From contig CM102284.1 of the NCBI GenBank assembly GCA_046563655.1, positions 8,742,001-8,806,000 on the forward strand: a stretch of 64,000 bases of DNA, read 5' to 3'. This DNA is from Yuukianura sp. NJ FZ-2021. Taxonomy: Eukaryota. The notes under the pieces were generated by a model. The model was given only the letters and a program-made list of their open reading frames with translations, was not told the origin of the DNA and ran no database searches. Shown here piece by piece: positions 12,458 through 24,593 of this stretch (its first letter is position 1; each line of letters opens with the position of its first letter). The translations under genes were made by a program, and so were the position numbers.

Positions 12458-12838
12458 CGTCTCGTCTACTGGTGCATACACAACTACAATCAAACTTTAC
12501 AAATTCCTAATTAGGTAATTGACATAACAATTAGTTTAGTACAAAAGATGTAAACACTTACCTGAAGCTTGAAATCTTGAATGAGTCTGTGACGACGACG
12601 CATCAGCTGATGAGCCATGCGTGCCCTAACTTAAGAGAATGAAGATCTCGTGACACTTTTGCACCATTTGCTGAAAATGATGCAATACCTAATGTTATCC
12701 TTGGACTTGGATCCAGTCATTGGCAATGGTCAGGTCAAAGGTCATTACAAATGTAAAGGTCAAATCACTCCAAAATAAAAAGCAGTATAATGTTCATTAG
12801 GATTCGAAAAGTCATGATTTATTGTAAACTGTCAAACC

Positions 12839-13689
12839 TTAACCGATTATGGCTTGCAGTCGATAGAATCCGATTTTCTTCACTTCTTCAATGCCCGTTC
12901 GCAGTTCCACTTGACGCGAATTGTCCAGTCGTTTAGCAATTCCCTCCAAAATGGCCACTTTCTTGTTCTCACGAGCACAAATGACAAATGGGAATCCAAA
13001 CTTTTCTTTGTACGCTTCATTGTTCTTTGTCAAGGTCCGATATTCCTCAGTCGTCAGCGTGCCAAGACCGGCGGACTGTTGTTCCTGCGTTGACTCCGAT
13101 GTTAGTTGACCTTGGGCAGCAAGTCTTCCAGCCAGATCTAAAAAACATCAAAAAGCAAAGGTCAAAGGTCAAACTTCTACACAATGAACTAAAACTTAAT
13201 TTAACAACGGGAGCACGCCATTGTTTCAAATGAATTGTTTCAAATACGAATTGCTTCAAAAAAAATTGTTTCAAAACACGAGTTTTTTTAGAGTTTAAGG
13301 CTTAGATTAGGTTAATTTGGATTAGAATAATTAAGTTTAGGTTAGTTATGTAATTTTAGGTTAGGTTAGGTTAGGTTTAGGTATGAAAATTAGGTTTTTG
13401 AAACAATTTTTTTTTGAAACAATTCGTATTTGAAACAATTCATTTGAAACAATGGCATGGAACCTTTAACGACTGTACCTGGATGTGATCTCAAAATTCC
13501 TTCATGAACTAACGTTGGCAAAGTGTCAATGAGTTGACAGAACTCCGAGTGAAGGTGTCCAGCATCACGGAAAGGTCGTTGAGTCCAGAGAGATGCTGCC
13601 AGCACACTGCAATGCTCAATGATATTTCCCAGCACTTCGATGAATTCGTCAGAGTCCATTTGATTCATTTGCTCAATTGTGTACCCCAT
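12839..13689 (-). CDS. URAD: OHCU decarboxylase (urate degradation), 2 coding exons
   Basis: LGNIIEH, ILRSHP|DLAG, SESTQEQQSAGL, YKEKFGFPFVICAR, EEVKKIGFYRL; one intron at about 13138-13479. Confidence 0.9.
13209..13464. mobile_element. Mutator-like foldback MITE with a TTAGG core, in the URAD intron
   Basis: About 68-bp imperfect TIRs built from TTGTTTCAAA subrepeats; G-starting ends; 9-bp TSD with one mismatch (TTTAACAAC 13200-13208, TTTAACGAC 13465-13473); centre of degenerate TTAGG repeats. Confidence 0.75.
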
Positions 13690-14281
13690 GACCTCGGAAT
13701 TCTGAAATATTTGCTAAGAATTGAAAATTAAAAACCTTAAAATTCAAAAATTGGAATCTTCGTAAAACGAAACTAGCTCGTAAATCCTAAAATGCTGAAG
13801 AAAGATTAGGAAAATGCTTCAACTTTTCCACAAGTTGGAATTTTAGCTTCAACCCAAGCCTGGACTTACTAAAAACAGAAGATTAAATCAAGGTCAACCG
13901 TTGAACTCTGTTATGTGGTAACCATCATCTCACAAAAACAAAATCTGTGAGATGAGGTTGTAAAATTTATTACCTTTCGACCCTGTCACGCACTTAAAAG
14001 CTTCAGAGTGAAAAAAACAATACAAAAAACAATTAATATGAAATGATATTTTATAATGTATGTTCAATGAAATTCAAGTGAAAAACTAACGCTTACCTCT
14101 AAGAAGAGTGTAGACGAAATTAATTAGTTATTTTGTGCAAAATTATTCAACTAACGGTGGGTTTTGGTAACTGTTGTCTTGTTTTTTATAATAAAGTTGA
14201 GTAACTCGGGTGGAACACATCGCTGGTAAGCGTCGATAAGGCCTCTTCAGTTTCTTGTTTTCAGCGATTCAGCGATCTCCG

Positions 14282-16632
14282 TCATCCATCAGTGTCCGTC
14301 TCAGTAACTTCTCCGCGGTGATGATGATGATGATGACGATTGAACTCCTGTTTTTGACGTTCAGCAAAGTACAGGTCACGTTCGAAGCTAGAGATTCCGG
14401 ACATGTCCGAATCATCACGATCCGTGAATTCATATTCTTCGCCTACTGCACGATCCATGGCCGCCAGAGCCGCGGCGGTGTCAGATTCAGCATCGCCTTG
14501 TCCAATGTTAACGTTGTTGAAAGGAGTAGTTTGACTTTCAGTGGATCTCAACTTGACCTTGTCGTGACCTTGACTAAGTTGTTGAAGTTTGGATCCAGAC
14601 GGGGTCACTTCAGTTTCTTCCTTGCCGGAATTCTCTTTGTCGGAAGCAGAATCATGTGCTTTGCAGTAACTGAGTTGGAGACGGAGCTTGTTGGCTTCTG
14701 CTTCCAAGTATTTGACAATATTCTGTTCTCGCAGCACGCATGAAGGTGTTTCTTTCTCTTTGATTTTTGCAGGAAGCTGTTGAAAAAATAATAAATCAAA
14801 TTCCGAACTATTTTTCGAAAAATTCTTTGAGAAATTTTTGAAAAATAGAAATGTGAGGAAGCCTTACAGTGGCAACTTTTGATGATGGCGATGGAGGTAC
14901 GAAGGGCTCTTTGTCCTTGTCACGTCCAAGAATTCGTCCGACAAACGTTTTCTTTTTCTTTGTGGTCAAAATTTCGTTTTCGGTTTGCAAGTATTCGATC
15001 AACTTGATTTGCTGTTTCAACATCGTCGACAGTTTGACCTCCATTTCGTTCTTCTCAAACTCCAGCAAAGCAATTTGTTCCTCCATTGCCTCCATTCTGG
15101 AATCAAACGAAGAATAAGTCTACAATTTGCACAGACTTTTATAAAGTTTTTTTTAAACATTACTTGATCAACATTTGTTCATTTGTGGTTTTGAGTTCCT
15201 CAATTTCAGCTTCACGTTGACTGTTGACATTCTTCTCTCGAATGTACTGATTGACCACAATGGAGTTTTCATCTCGATGGTCTCCACATTCAACACGCAG
15301 AGCATCAACACAAGCTTGGAGGTGGGCATTGGCAGTTTCCAGTTCTTGGCTTCTGGCTAAAACACTTTCGCACTCTTCCTCCAACTCCTGATTGGCTGAG
15401 GTCAGTTTGGCCAGTTTCTGCTGGAGGTCACTGACAGCGGAGTCTCTCTCTTTTGAAATCTTCTCCAAAGTAGATTCGGCTTTCTTGAGTTCCTGCTGCA
15501 TAGAAACTTTGAAGGTGTTGATCGACATGACTTCGTTTCGGGCAACTTTCAGGGCATTTGCGGTGACTGAATTCTTGGACTCAAGGTCCTTCCTGGAGTC
15601 AATAAAAAAAAATTACGTAAAACATGAAAAATTGTTGGAAATATCTTACCTTTGCTCCTGGAGAGCACGGATCTCGTCGTTCTTGTCGATGAGAGTCATT
15701 TCAAATTCCTTGAGCTGCTCATCCAGCACAATCAGTGTTTGCTTCAACTTGTCATTGCCCTAAAATATAATGTCATGGTAACAATAGTTGTCGATTCTCA
15801 ATCGTATTTCGAACATTTCCACTTACGTTATGCAGACTGGCAACTTTCTTCTCCAGTTCCTCAATCCGCCGAGTCTTCTCTACCAAAGCTTGCTGATTTT
15901 CGTCCCAAGAGGAACGAAATTCTCGTAGAGTTTCCAATTCAGACTGAATCTTTTGCATTTCTGAAATCAAAAATCACAATTTCAGTACTTTTTCTAAAAA
16001 TCGTGATCCTACGAAAGTACTAACTCACCTTCTTTTGTTTTCTCAAGTTCCTTCTGTGTGTCACTCAGTTTGGCAGATTTGGACGCAAGGATTCTCTCTC
16101 GGTATCTGGCATCTCGGTCCTTTTGCTCAATTTCTACTAAGATTTTTGTCTTTTCCTCTCCAAGTCGAGCGAAATCTGCCTTTAGTTTGTCCAATTCTTC
16201 AGCCTCGGCTGCAGCAGCCTCAACTTTAGCAGCCCTCAATTTGTCCAGTGCATCCTTCAAAGCATCTTTCTCTTTTGTCAACTCTGCCAGTTGGTTCTTG
16301 AAGTACTTTTGCATGTCATCATGCTTGTCTGAAAGTGCATTGAATTCCTGGAGAGTACATTCACGAGCGGTTCTCGACTCTTCTAATCTGCCCAACAGCA
16401 TGTCGTACTCCCTTTCTTGCTCAGTAAGTTTCTTCTGAAGGTCAGCATTCTGACGCTTGAAAGCATTTTGAAGAGCAATCATTTCCTCTTCATGGTAAGC
16501 CGTCAGTTCCACAACACGATTCTCCAGTTCAATGGCACTCTTCTGATGACCGATGATGTCCGTTGGTCTGCTTTTCTTCATGGCCGTAAATGCACAGGGT
16601 GTCCCTTCCTTAACGTCCACCAGATCACCCAT
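14282..16632 (-). CDS. Multi-exon coiled-coil protein with a citron-like (Rho-binding region) segment; no kinase domain seen
   Basis: Chain of minus-strand heptad-rich exons (about 16030-16632, 15827-15960, 15650-15760, 15164-15593, 14868-15097, 14282-14777). KQQIKLIEYLQTENEILTTKKKKTFVGRILG resembles citron QQTKLIDFLQAK..KKKK as recalled from memory. Confidence 0.65.
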
Positions 16633-17124
16633 AGTCGGTTATCGTCCACTATGCTCCAGCAATTCCTGATTGATACCTGAAGAAAACAAGCGAGGATGTC
16701 CATCAATTGATCAATTGGCATTGGTTAATCACGAAACAGGAAAGTTATAAATCAAATAACAATAACAGCCATTGTATTTCTTACTACTAAAGTTAGAATT
16801 AGACCGACGTATAACATACGTTTTTCAAACTTACGGTGGTGACAATTGTATGATGTAGGGTGCGTTGATGTAAAGTAACACAGTAAAGTTGGAGCCTATC
16901 AGGCTAACTGTTGTATCAATTAATTCACAAATTAACGATTGATTTAACTTACGAGATGCAGATAATGATGATTTGTTCACTTAATCCGTGGATGTCCGGC
17001 AGAATTTACATGTGTGATCTCTCCGTCTTTTTCTTTTTGTGTTTTGACAAACAACAAAAGCCGGGCTTTTTTTCAATGCGAAAAAGCGGGTTTTCAACGG
17101 TTGCCCTAACAACGGAACTTCTCA

Positions 17125-17135
17125 TAGATGGCGCT
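17125..17135 (+). promoter_or_regulatory. CTCF-like insulator motif TAGATGGCGCT
   Basis: Matches the insect CTCF core AG(A/G)TGGCGC; lies between the HMMR 3' end and the 5' end of the citron-like gene. Confidence 0.4.
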
Positions 17136-17460
17136 CTCAACGTATTTCCCTCCTCCGCTTCCGGAGCTGGACAGCATAAACGTCCGCACAGGAGGGGAAA
17201 ATGCCAATCGTTGCTCTTGACCTTTGACCTGCAACATTAGCATTAAACCTAAAGTATCCAAACCTTGCCTGATGACGCAATGAAGACCAAGTTACCGTTT
17301 ATTACAGTACAAAATTAATTAAAACCGGAGCTCAAAGCATTAAAGTGAACACAAAGTAAAAAATTCGGAAAAAGTAGAATTAATCAAGCTCCCAAAAAAT
17401 GTTAACGACTACAATTAGTAGCCTAATCATAGTAACTTACTGATTACTCGAGGTACGGAC

Positions 17461-20400
17461 TTAATGATTCTCTGGACAATTGCAGAAGTTGAGAACATTT
17501 GGAGGAACACTGCTACGAACTGCTGAGCTTGAATTGGGAATGGCAGCAGCGATTGGCCGAACACGCGGATGAAGTTCTCTCTCCAGCGTCAAATTCCTCT
17601 GTCGCTCCTGGAAGTACGCAGTCCGGAATTTGTCAGCTTCCTAAAAAGCAAATAATCGATTACTTAAATATCAAATTAACATTGTATTAAAGTTAGGATG
17701 CACGTTAGTGTTAACCTTTTTGCTCTTTGACAGTTCATCTTTCATTTTGACAAGATGCAGAATCTTCTGTTTGGAATTGTTGTGTCCAACGAGAACAGCG
17801 TAGTCACCGAGTATTTTATCCAGATCACGTCCAGCCGCTTCCTTCCCTTCCTTCTCCATTCGAACCAGCTCTTCGTAGTTTACTAATTTCTGCTTGAACG
17901 GACCAATCAGTGACTCCAGGTAGGCAATCTTCTTCACAAGAGACTCTTTCTCTTCTCGAAGGTGCTCCAGTTCCAGCATTCCAAAATTCAAACGATGAAT
18001 TTGTCCTTCCAGATTCTCTTTCACGTGTTCGGCATGTAGACGGCTAGTGGACACCAAAACACAGAAATATCAGATACGGTTTTATGGAAAAATTGAAATC
18101 TAAATTCAAAAATGTGTCATTTTGAACACAAATCCAACCTTTTCTCTTCCGTTTGTAAAGCAGAGATCAAGTTGGCGAGTTTGCTCTTCAGTACTTTCTC
18201 TTTCTCTTCTTTCGCTTGTTTGAGTTGAACCAACTGAAAAACAAAACAAAAAGTCAATAAAAATCAATAATATAATATTTATAATTTAACTACAACTCAC
18301 TGTTTGTTGAAAAGATTCGCACTGTTGGGTAACATCTTGTCGAAAGATGGATTCTTCTTCATGAGTTTGTCTCAATGTCAGTTTTCCATTTTCTAGTTCT
18401 TGTTCTAACGTTTGAATTGAATTTTCTTGGACAGCCAACTACACGAACAAAAAGAAGAAGCAGACAAATTAGATTCAAAATGTTCCAAAGTTTGATAGAA
18501 GTGAGAATAATTAAGCTTCAAAAGTTACCATTTCCTCCAAGGATTTTATCTTTTCGACACCTTCTTCATTGACAGATTGCACAGATTCGAGCAAAGTCTT
18601 GGTCGAGAGCAATTCTGCTTCCAGATGACTCTTCTCTTCCTCTAGTTTGGAAAAGATCTCCAGTTCCAATTTTGCTGTTGCCACCTCGGCTTCCAGTCCG
18701 GACTTTTCTTCCAGTAAGTTTCTGATCTTTTCGACACTTTCTTCATTCACCGATTGCATAGATTCGAGAGACGTCTTGGTTGAGAGTAATTCAGCTTCCA
18801 GTCCGGACTTTTCTTCCAGTAGATTTCTGATGTTTTGGACACTTTCTTCATTGATAGATTGCACAGATTCGAGAGATATCTTGGTGGAGAGCAATTCTGC
18901 TTCCAGTTGAGCCTTCTCTTCTTCTAGTGTAGAAAGGGTCTCCAGTTCCGATTTCGCTGTTGCCAACTCGGCTTCCAGTACGGATTTTTGTTCCAGTAAA
19001 TTTTTGATCTTCTGGACACTTTCTTCATTGACAGCTTCCACAGATTCAAGCAATGTCTTGGTTGAGAGTAATTCTGCTTCCAGTCCGGACTTTTCTTCCA
19101 GTAAATTTCTGATGTTTTGGACACTTTCTTCATTGATAGATTGTACAGATTCGAGAGATGTCTTGGTCGAGAGCAATTCTGCTTCCAGTTGAGCCTTCTC
19201 TTCTTCTAGTGTAGAAAGGATCTCCAGTTCCGATTTCGCTGTTGCCAACTCGGCTTCCAGTACGGATTTTTGTTCCAGTAAATTTTTGATCTTCTGGACA
19301 CTTTCTTCATTGACAGATTGCACAGATTCAAGCAATGTCTTGGTTGAGAGTAACTCAGCTTCCAGTCCGGACTTTTCTTCCAGCAAATCGCTGATCTTTT
19401 CGACACTTTCTTCATTGACAGATCGTACAGATTCGAGAGATGTCTTGGTCGAGAGCAATTCTGCTTCCAGTTCGGACTTTTCTTCCAGTAGATTTCTGAT
19501 CTTCTGGACACTTTCCTCATTGACAGCTTCCACAGATTCGAGAGATGTCTTGGTTGAGAGTAATTCCGCCTCCAGTCCGGACTTCTCTTCCAGTAAATTT
19601 TCGATCTTTTGGATACTTTCTTCATTAACAGATTGAACAGATTCAAGCAATGTCTTGGTCGAGAGCAATTCAGCTTCCAGTCCGGACTTCTCTTCCAGTA
19701 AATTTCCAATCTTTTGGACACTTTCTTCATTGACTGATCGCACAGATTCCAGCAATGTCTTGGTCGAGAGCAATTCAGCTTCCAGTCCGGACTTCTCTTC
19801 CAGTAAATTTTCGATCTTTTGGATACTTTCTTCATTGACAGATTGAACAGATTCAAGCAATGTCTTGGTCGAGAGCAATTCTGCTTCCAGTCCGGACTTC
19901 TCTTCCAGTAAATTTTCGATCTTTTGGATACTTTCTTCATTAACAGATTGAACAGATTCAAGCAATGTCTTGGTCGAGAGTAATTCAGCTTCCAGTCCGG
20001 ACTTTTCTTCCAGTAAATTTTCGATCTTTTGGACACTTTCTTCATTGACAGATTGTACAGATTCGAGAGATGTCTTGGTCGAGAGTAATTCTGCTTCCAG
20101 TCCGGACTTCTCTTCCAGTAAATTTCCAATCTTTTGGATACTTTCTTCATTGACAGATTGAACAGATTCAAGCAATGTCTTGGTCGAGACTAATTCTGCT
20201 TCCAGTCCGGACTTCTCTTCCAGTAAATTTCCAATCTTTTGGATACTTTCTTCATTGACAGATTGAACAGATTCAAGCAATGTCTTGGTCGAGAGTAATT
20301 CTGCTTCCAGGCCGGACTTTTCTTCCAGTAAATTTCCAATCTTTTGGATACTTTCTTCATTGACAAATCGTACAGATTCGAGAGATGTCTTGGTCGAGAG

Positions 20401-21653
20401 TAATTCTGCTTCCAGTCCGGACTTTTCTTCGACTAAATTTCCAATCTTTTGGACACTTTCTTCATTGACTGATCGCACAGATTCCAGCAATGTCTTGGTC
20501 GAGAGCAATTCTGCTTCCAGCTGAGTCTTCTCTTCTTCTAGTGTAGAAATGATCTCAAGTTCCAATTTTGCTGTTGCCAACTCGGCTTCAAGTCCAGACT
20601 TTAGCTCCAGTAAATTTCCGATCTTTTGGATACGTTCTTCATTGACAGACTGCACAGATTCGAGAGATGTCTTGGTCGAGAGCAATTCTGCTTCCAGTTG
20701 TGTCTTATCTTCTTCTAGTTTGGAAAGGATCTCCACGTCCAATTTCGCTTTTGCCAACTCGGCTTCCAGTTCGGATTTTTCTTCCAGCAAATTTTCGATT
20801 TTCTGGACGCTTTCTTCATTGACAGCTTTAACAGATTCAAGCAATGTCTTGGTCGAGAGCAATTCAGCGCCCAGTTGAGTGTTCTCTTCTTCTTGTTTCG
20901 AAAGGATCTCCACGTCCAATTTCGCTGTTGCCAACTCGGCTTCCAGTCCGGACTTTTCTTCCAGTAAGTTTCTGATCTTTTCGACACTTTCTTCATTGAT
21001 AGATTGAACAGATTCGAGCAATGTCTTGGTCGAGAGCAATTCAGCTTCCAGTTGAGTCTTCTCTTCTTCTAGTTTGGAAATGATGTCCATGTCCAATTGG
21101 TCTGTCTTAAGCTTCAAGTCTGATTCATTGTGAATACTGCTGGCACGCGACGATGTTCTTTCAGCATCTGGCTCCTATTATAAAATGAAAATCTGGGTCA
21201 GAGAAAATTTAAATTATTCGGCTAAATGGAGGAATTGCTTTACCGAATTTGCGTAAGGCACTGGGAAACGCCGCGTTCTGGTGGCAGACGATGAGCGAGA
21301 TCGGCTGCCTTTGATCAAGGCTGAAACCGACCGTGATTGACAACAGGCACAGTTCTTATGGAACGGAGAACTTGGCACAACGAAGTCATTTTTCGAGTTA
21401 GACCCGTTGGTTCCTTCGGGAAATCGGGCACACTTGTCCATTGCTAAGTTCCCAGTTGAGCAGTACATGTTAGAGAATTTTGGATTGTATGATCCCGGTG
21501 GCGGAACTCCACCATCTGTAAAGAAAGACAAGAACAGAAAAGTTTATAAGGTGGATCAACATCATACAAAAAACGTTTTCGTTCGTTAATTTTATGTTGT
21601 TGAATACCAGGAATCTCATTGAAACGACGCAAAGGCGCCCGGCTAAACGACAT
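17461..21653 (-). CDS. HMMR: HMMR/RHAMM homologue (microtubule/spindle coiled-coil protein) with an expanded repeat exon
   Basis: N-terminus MSFSRAPLRRFNE..PPPGSYNPK matches the HMMR N-terminal motif; C-terminal YAVLVGHNNSKQKILHLVKMKDE matches the HMMR basic-zipper motif; ATG at 21653, stop at 17461. Confidence 0.85.
18540..21100 (-). repeat. Coding minisatellite: 20 copies of a 105-bp (35-aa) unit plus 6 full copies of a 72-bp (24-aa) unit
   Basis: Unit A LEEKSGLEAELLSTKTLLESVQSVNEESIQKIENL and unit B LEEKSGLEAELATAKLDVEILSK-type, counted by hand in the 868-aa ORF. Confidence 0.95.
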
Positions 21654-23323
21654 CTTCGACAACCCACCACGGGTTCTTCACACTCACAGCGACCAACAGC
21701 CTTGTCAATGTGGAACACTTAAACAGGATCTGCTAAGTTAACAAAAAGATTTCGCTAAGTACCAAATCCAAACTAATTACAGTTACAAATTAACTTACGC
21801 TTACCACTCCCTGATGCGAAGTCGATATCCCACGAGCCACGAACGATCAGAATTAATTAGCAGAAGTAAATTCTTGACAAGCCACACGACACGAAGAAGG
21901 CACGAACAAAAACAATACAATTTTTTGCACTCAAAAACCGACAACGAGAAATTTTTAGCGAAAGTATGAAATTCCACACATAGTACCCACGTAATACAGG
22001 CATGGGCATGCCAATTTCCTCGAATTTAATTTACTGTGCTACAGCTTCTACTAGAAACAAACCATACAGATTTCGTACTCCACTAATTAATGTACTACTT
22101 TAATTACTAATTATAATTAATAATAGCATTTGTTTAATTGATAAACTTTCAATTCGTAAATAATGCCCATCTATGTGTGTTGGGTGCTTTGTAGAATTTG
22201 TTTTTCGCTTTTTGAATATTTTCAACTCGCTCCAATCTTTTGAATTTGGCGGTTTTAAAATTGTTTCAGTTTTTAAATTAACGGACAACAAAAAAGAAAA
22301 AGAAATTGAGACTCCGCAATCAAATGTTCAGAACAATAAGCTAAAAATAACTCCATAATTTATTATTATAACTCCATAAATTTGTATAATTCATTGTGAT
22401 TTATTATATTATATAATTTTTCTAAAACGTATTTAAATAAGTCAGTTACATGTTGATTCTTTTTAGATTTTTTTACGCATCATTTAACTTACTTGGGAGT
22501 TTTGAGCTGCTGTTAAAAATGCTAGAAAAAAGTTGATTTCTCCGGAGGTATTTTCTCCATGAGATTTTATTTTAAATTCAGATTCATAAACGTTTAAAAT
22601 TAAACCAATGTCAAAAAATACATAAAAAACAGAGGGGTGCTAATGGCTTTTCCTTTTGAAAAAAAAAAGTTCCTGATTTGAAATGATTTGTATTGCATCA
22701 AATTCAAAACAGAGGTTTGGGAGAGGGGAATATTATTCATTTGACACGTTTTTGCAATAATGAATGACACACACAATCCCCATACGCTCCCTTTTTAAAA
22801 CACCATTTTTTAAATCTACAAATTCGAATTCATTCCAAACTATTCAAAAACTGTCACCGAAATTTATTGTAACAGGAGCTTTAAATTAGGCTTTTAAAAA
22901 GCGTCCACCCCTTTTTTAAAATTTAGAATTGAGACGTTATGCTTGTTCTGTTCAAAGTCAATTGGAAGGAATAAAAGTAATGAAATCATAGCGAACACAT
23001 CTCAATTCCATATCTCTTTGTTGTGTTTAATTTATCACATCATTTAACCCCTTCTGCTTTCACCAATAATTTCATTATTCAAGAATTTAAAAAAAAAGTC
23101 ATTCTTAAAAAAATCCAAACACATCTGCTTTTCTATTCACATTTTTACCACAAGCCAAACAATGACTGAATCATGTCCCTGTTTTGAATTTTTAAAAAAG
23201 CTTTTTTTTTAATATAACATCTGCATCATGGGTTTCAATTTTAGTCAAATGATTTACAATGTGACATTCCCCACACTGTTTAGAACAAAAACTATCAATT
23301 TTTTACATTTTCAAAAAAGGTTT

Positions 23324-23692
23324 GGTTGAGGTAAGGCTTAACGCGCGTCATTGTAGCCACACAGTGTTGCCACTCCGGGCATCTTGTCTTTCTACACATC
23401 GGTGGCAACATTTGTAGCCGCTCAAACCAAACCATACTTAATCTAAAACTTCAACATAAATAGACGCATAGCGTAGGTAGCTACCCATTGTACCGGCAGA
23501 GTGTGTAGCCACTTTGGTTGTCTTGTGTGTCTACGCGTCTACACCTCCGTGGCAACATTGTAGCCGTTTTTACCAAGCCATACCTAGCCAAAAATGGCAA
23601 CATAAGTAGCCGCATAGCGTAGCCACCCATTGTAGCTGCAAAGTGGCAACACTGTATGACTACAACGATGCTCGTTAAACCTTACTGCAACC
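23324..23692. mobile_element. MITE (369 bp) with ~50-bp imperfect TIRs and a 7-bp TSD
   Basis: Left end GGTTGAGGTAAGGCTTAACGCGCGTCATTGTAGCCACACAGTGTTGCCACT; right end reverse complement GGTTGCAGTAAGGTTTAACGAGCATCGTTGTAGTCATACAGTGTTGCCACT; AAGGTTT at 23317-23323 and 23693-23699; interior is a diverged ~150-bp dimer. Confidence 0.8.
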
Positions 23693-24366
23693 AAGGTTTA
23701 AAAAAAATTGTAAATGGAGAAAGTGCCTTGGATTGAATTGATTGTTGACACAGGGAGACAAAAGGGCGTCTTAGTTTTCTTTTGTTGTTTAAGATGAATA
23801 GGTTTTCGTTTTTTGAATTTTTTTAGAAATCGATGGATCCTTGAAAATGTCATCAAAAGGGTGACAATGAGAACAGGAACAAACACTGTGTTTCATTTTT
23901 CAAAAAAGGAGAGGCAATCATCACTACACAAAGAGCTTATTTTTCCTTTTCCAGTGATTCCAATCTATTGACGAGGACTTTCACACCTTCATTTTGAGTG
24001 TTACACTTGAGCAGTAAAAGTTGAAAAGAAATTTCCAATAAACCCCAAAAATTCATGAATTTTTGAAACCTACTTTTGCATTCTCTGGAACAATAGTTTC
24101 TAGACACACGTTCATGCAGAATAGTGAAGGCTTTGTTAGGGCTCGTAAGTGTTCAACCTATTGTTAGTTTAAACAAATTGTCTCCACAATGTCACTTGTA
24201 CACATGTATGAAACGCTACATTTACAATGAGCACTAAAGAATAAGGGCAATCTCGTTACCGTAAAACTTCTTGTAGAAACCCCGATCTCAATTCTAACAA
24301 AAAAACGACAATCCAGAACATGAAAATGGCCAAGGTTCATTGACAACGAAAAAGAATTTTTTTTGA

Positions 24367-24593
24367 CAGGTTGAGTACTACCTTACATGTTGACACAAAA
24401 ATGAAAAAAATAAATAAAATGGGTACCAATCCAAAAACGTGGCGCCAATTTGTATGTAAAAAATATTTGCATTTAAAAAAGTAAAAAAAATCGGCTGTAT
24501 TGTTTTGACTACAATCATTTTTGTCATGAAATTCTATCTTTTTTGGCTCTTTTTTTTTGCAAAATCAAAAAGCATGAGGTATTACTCAACCTG
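24367..24593. mobile_element. MITE (227 bp), probably TTAA-targeting (piggyBac-like)
   Basis: TIR CAGGTTGAGTA(C/A)TACCT; TTAA on the right flank and TTGA on the left. Confidence 0.65.

Noticed and set aside
12839-13689. Bacterial origin or contamination for OHCU decarboxylase
   Set aside because: It has a spliceosomal intron, sits among animal genes, and the enzyme is native to animals.
18647-20996. Many alternative-frame and antisense ORFs up to 321 aa
   Set aside because: By-products of the 105-bp coding repeat in HMMR.
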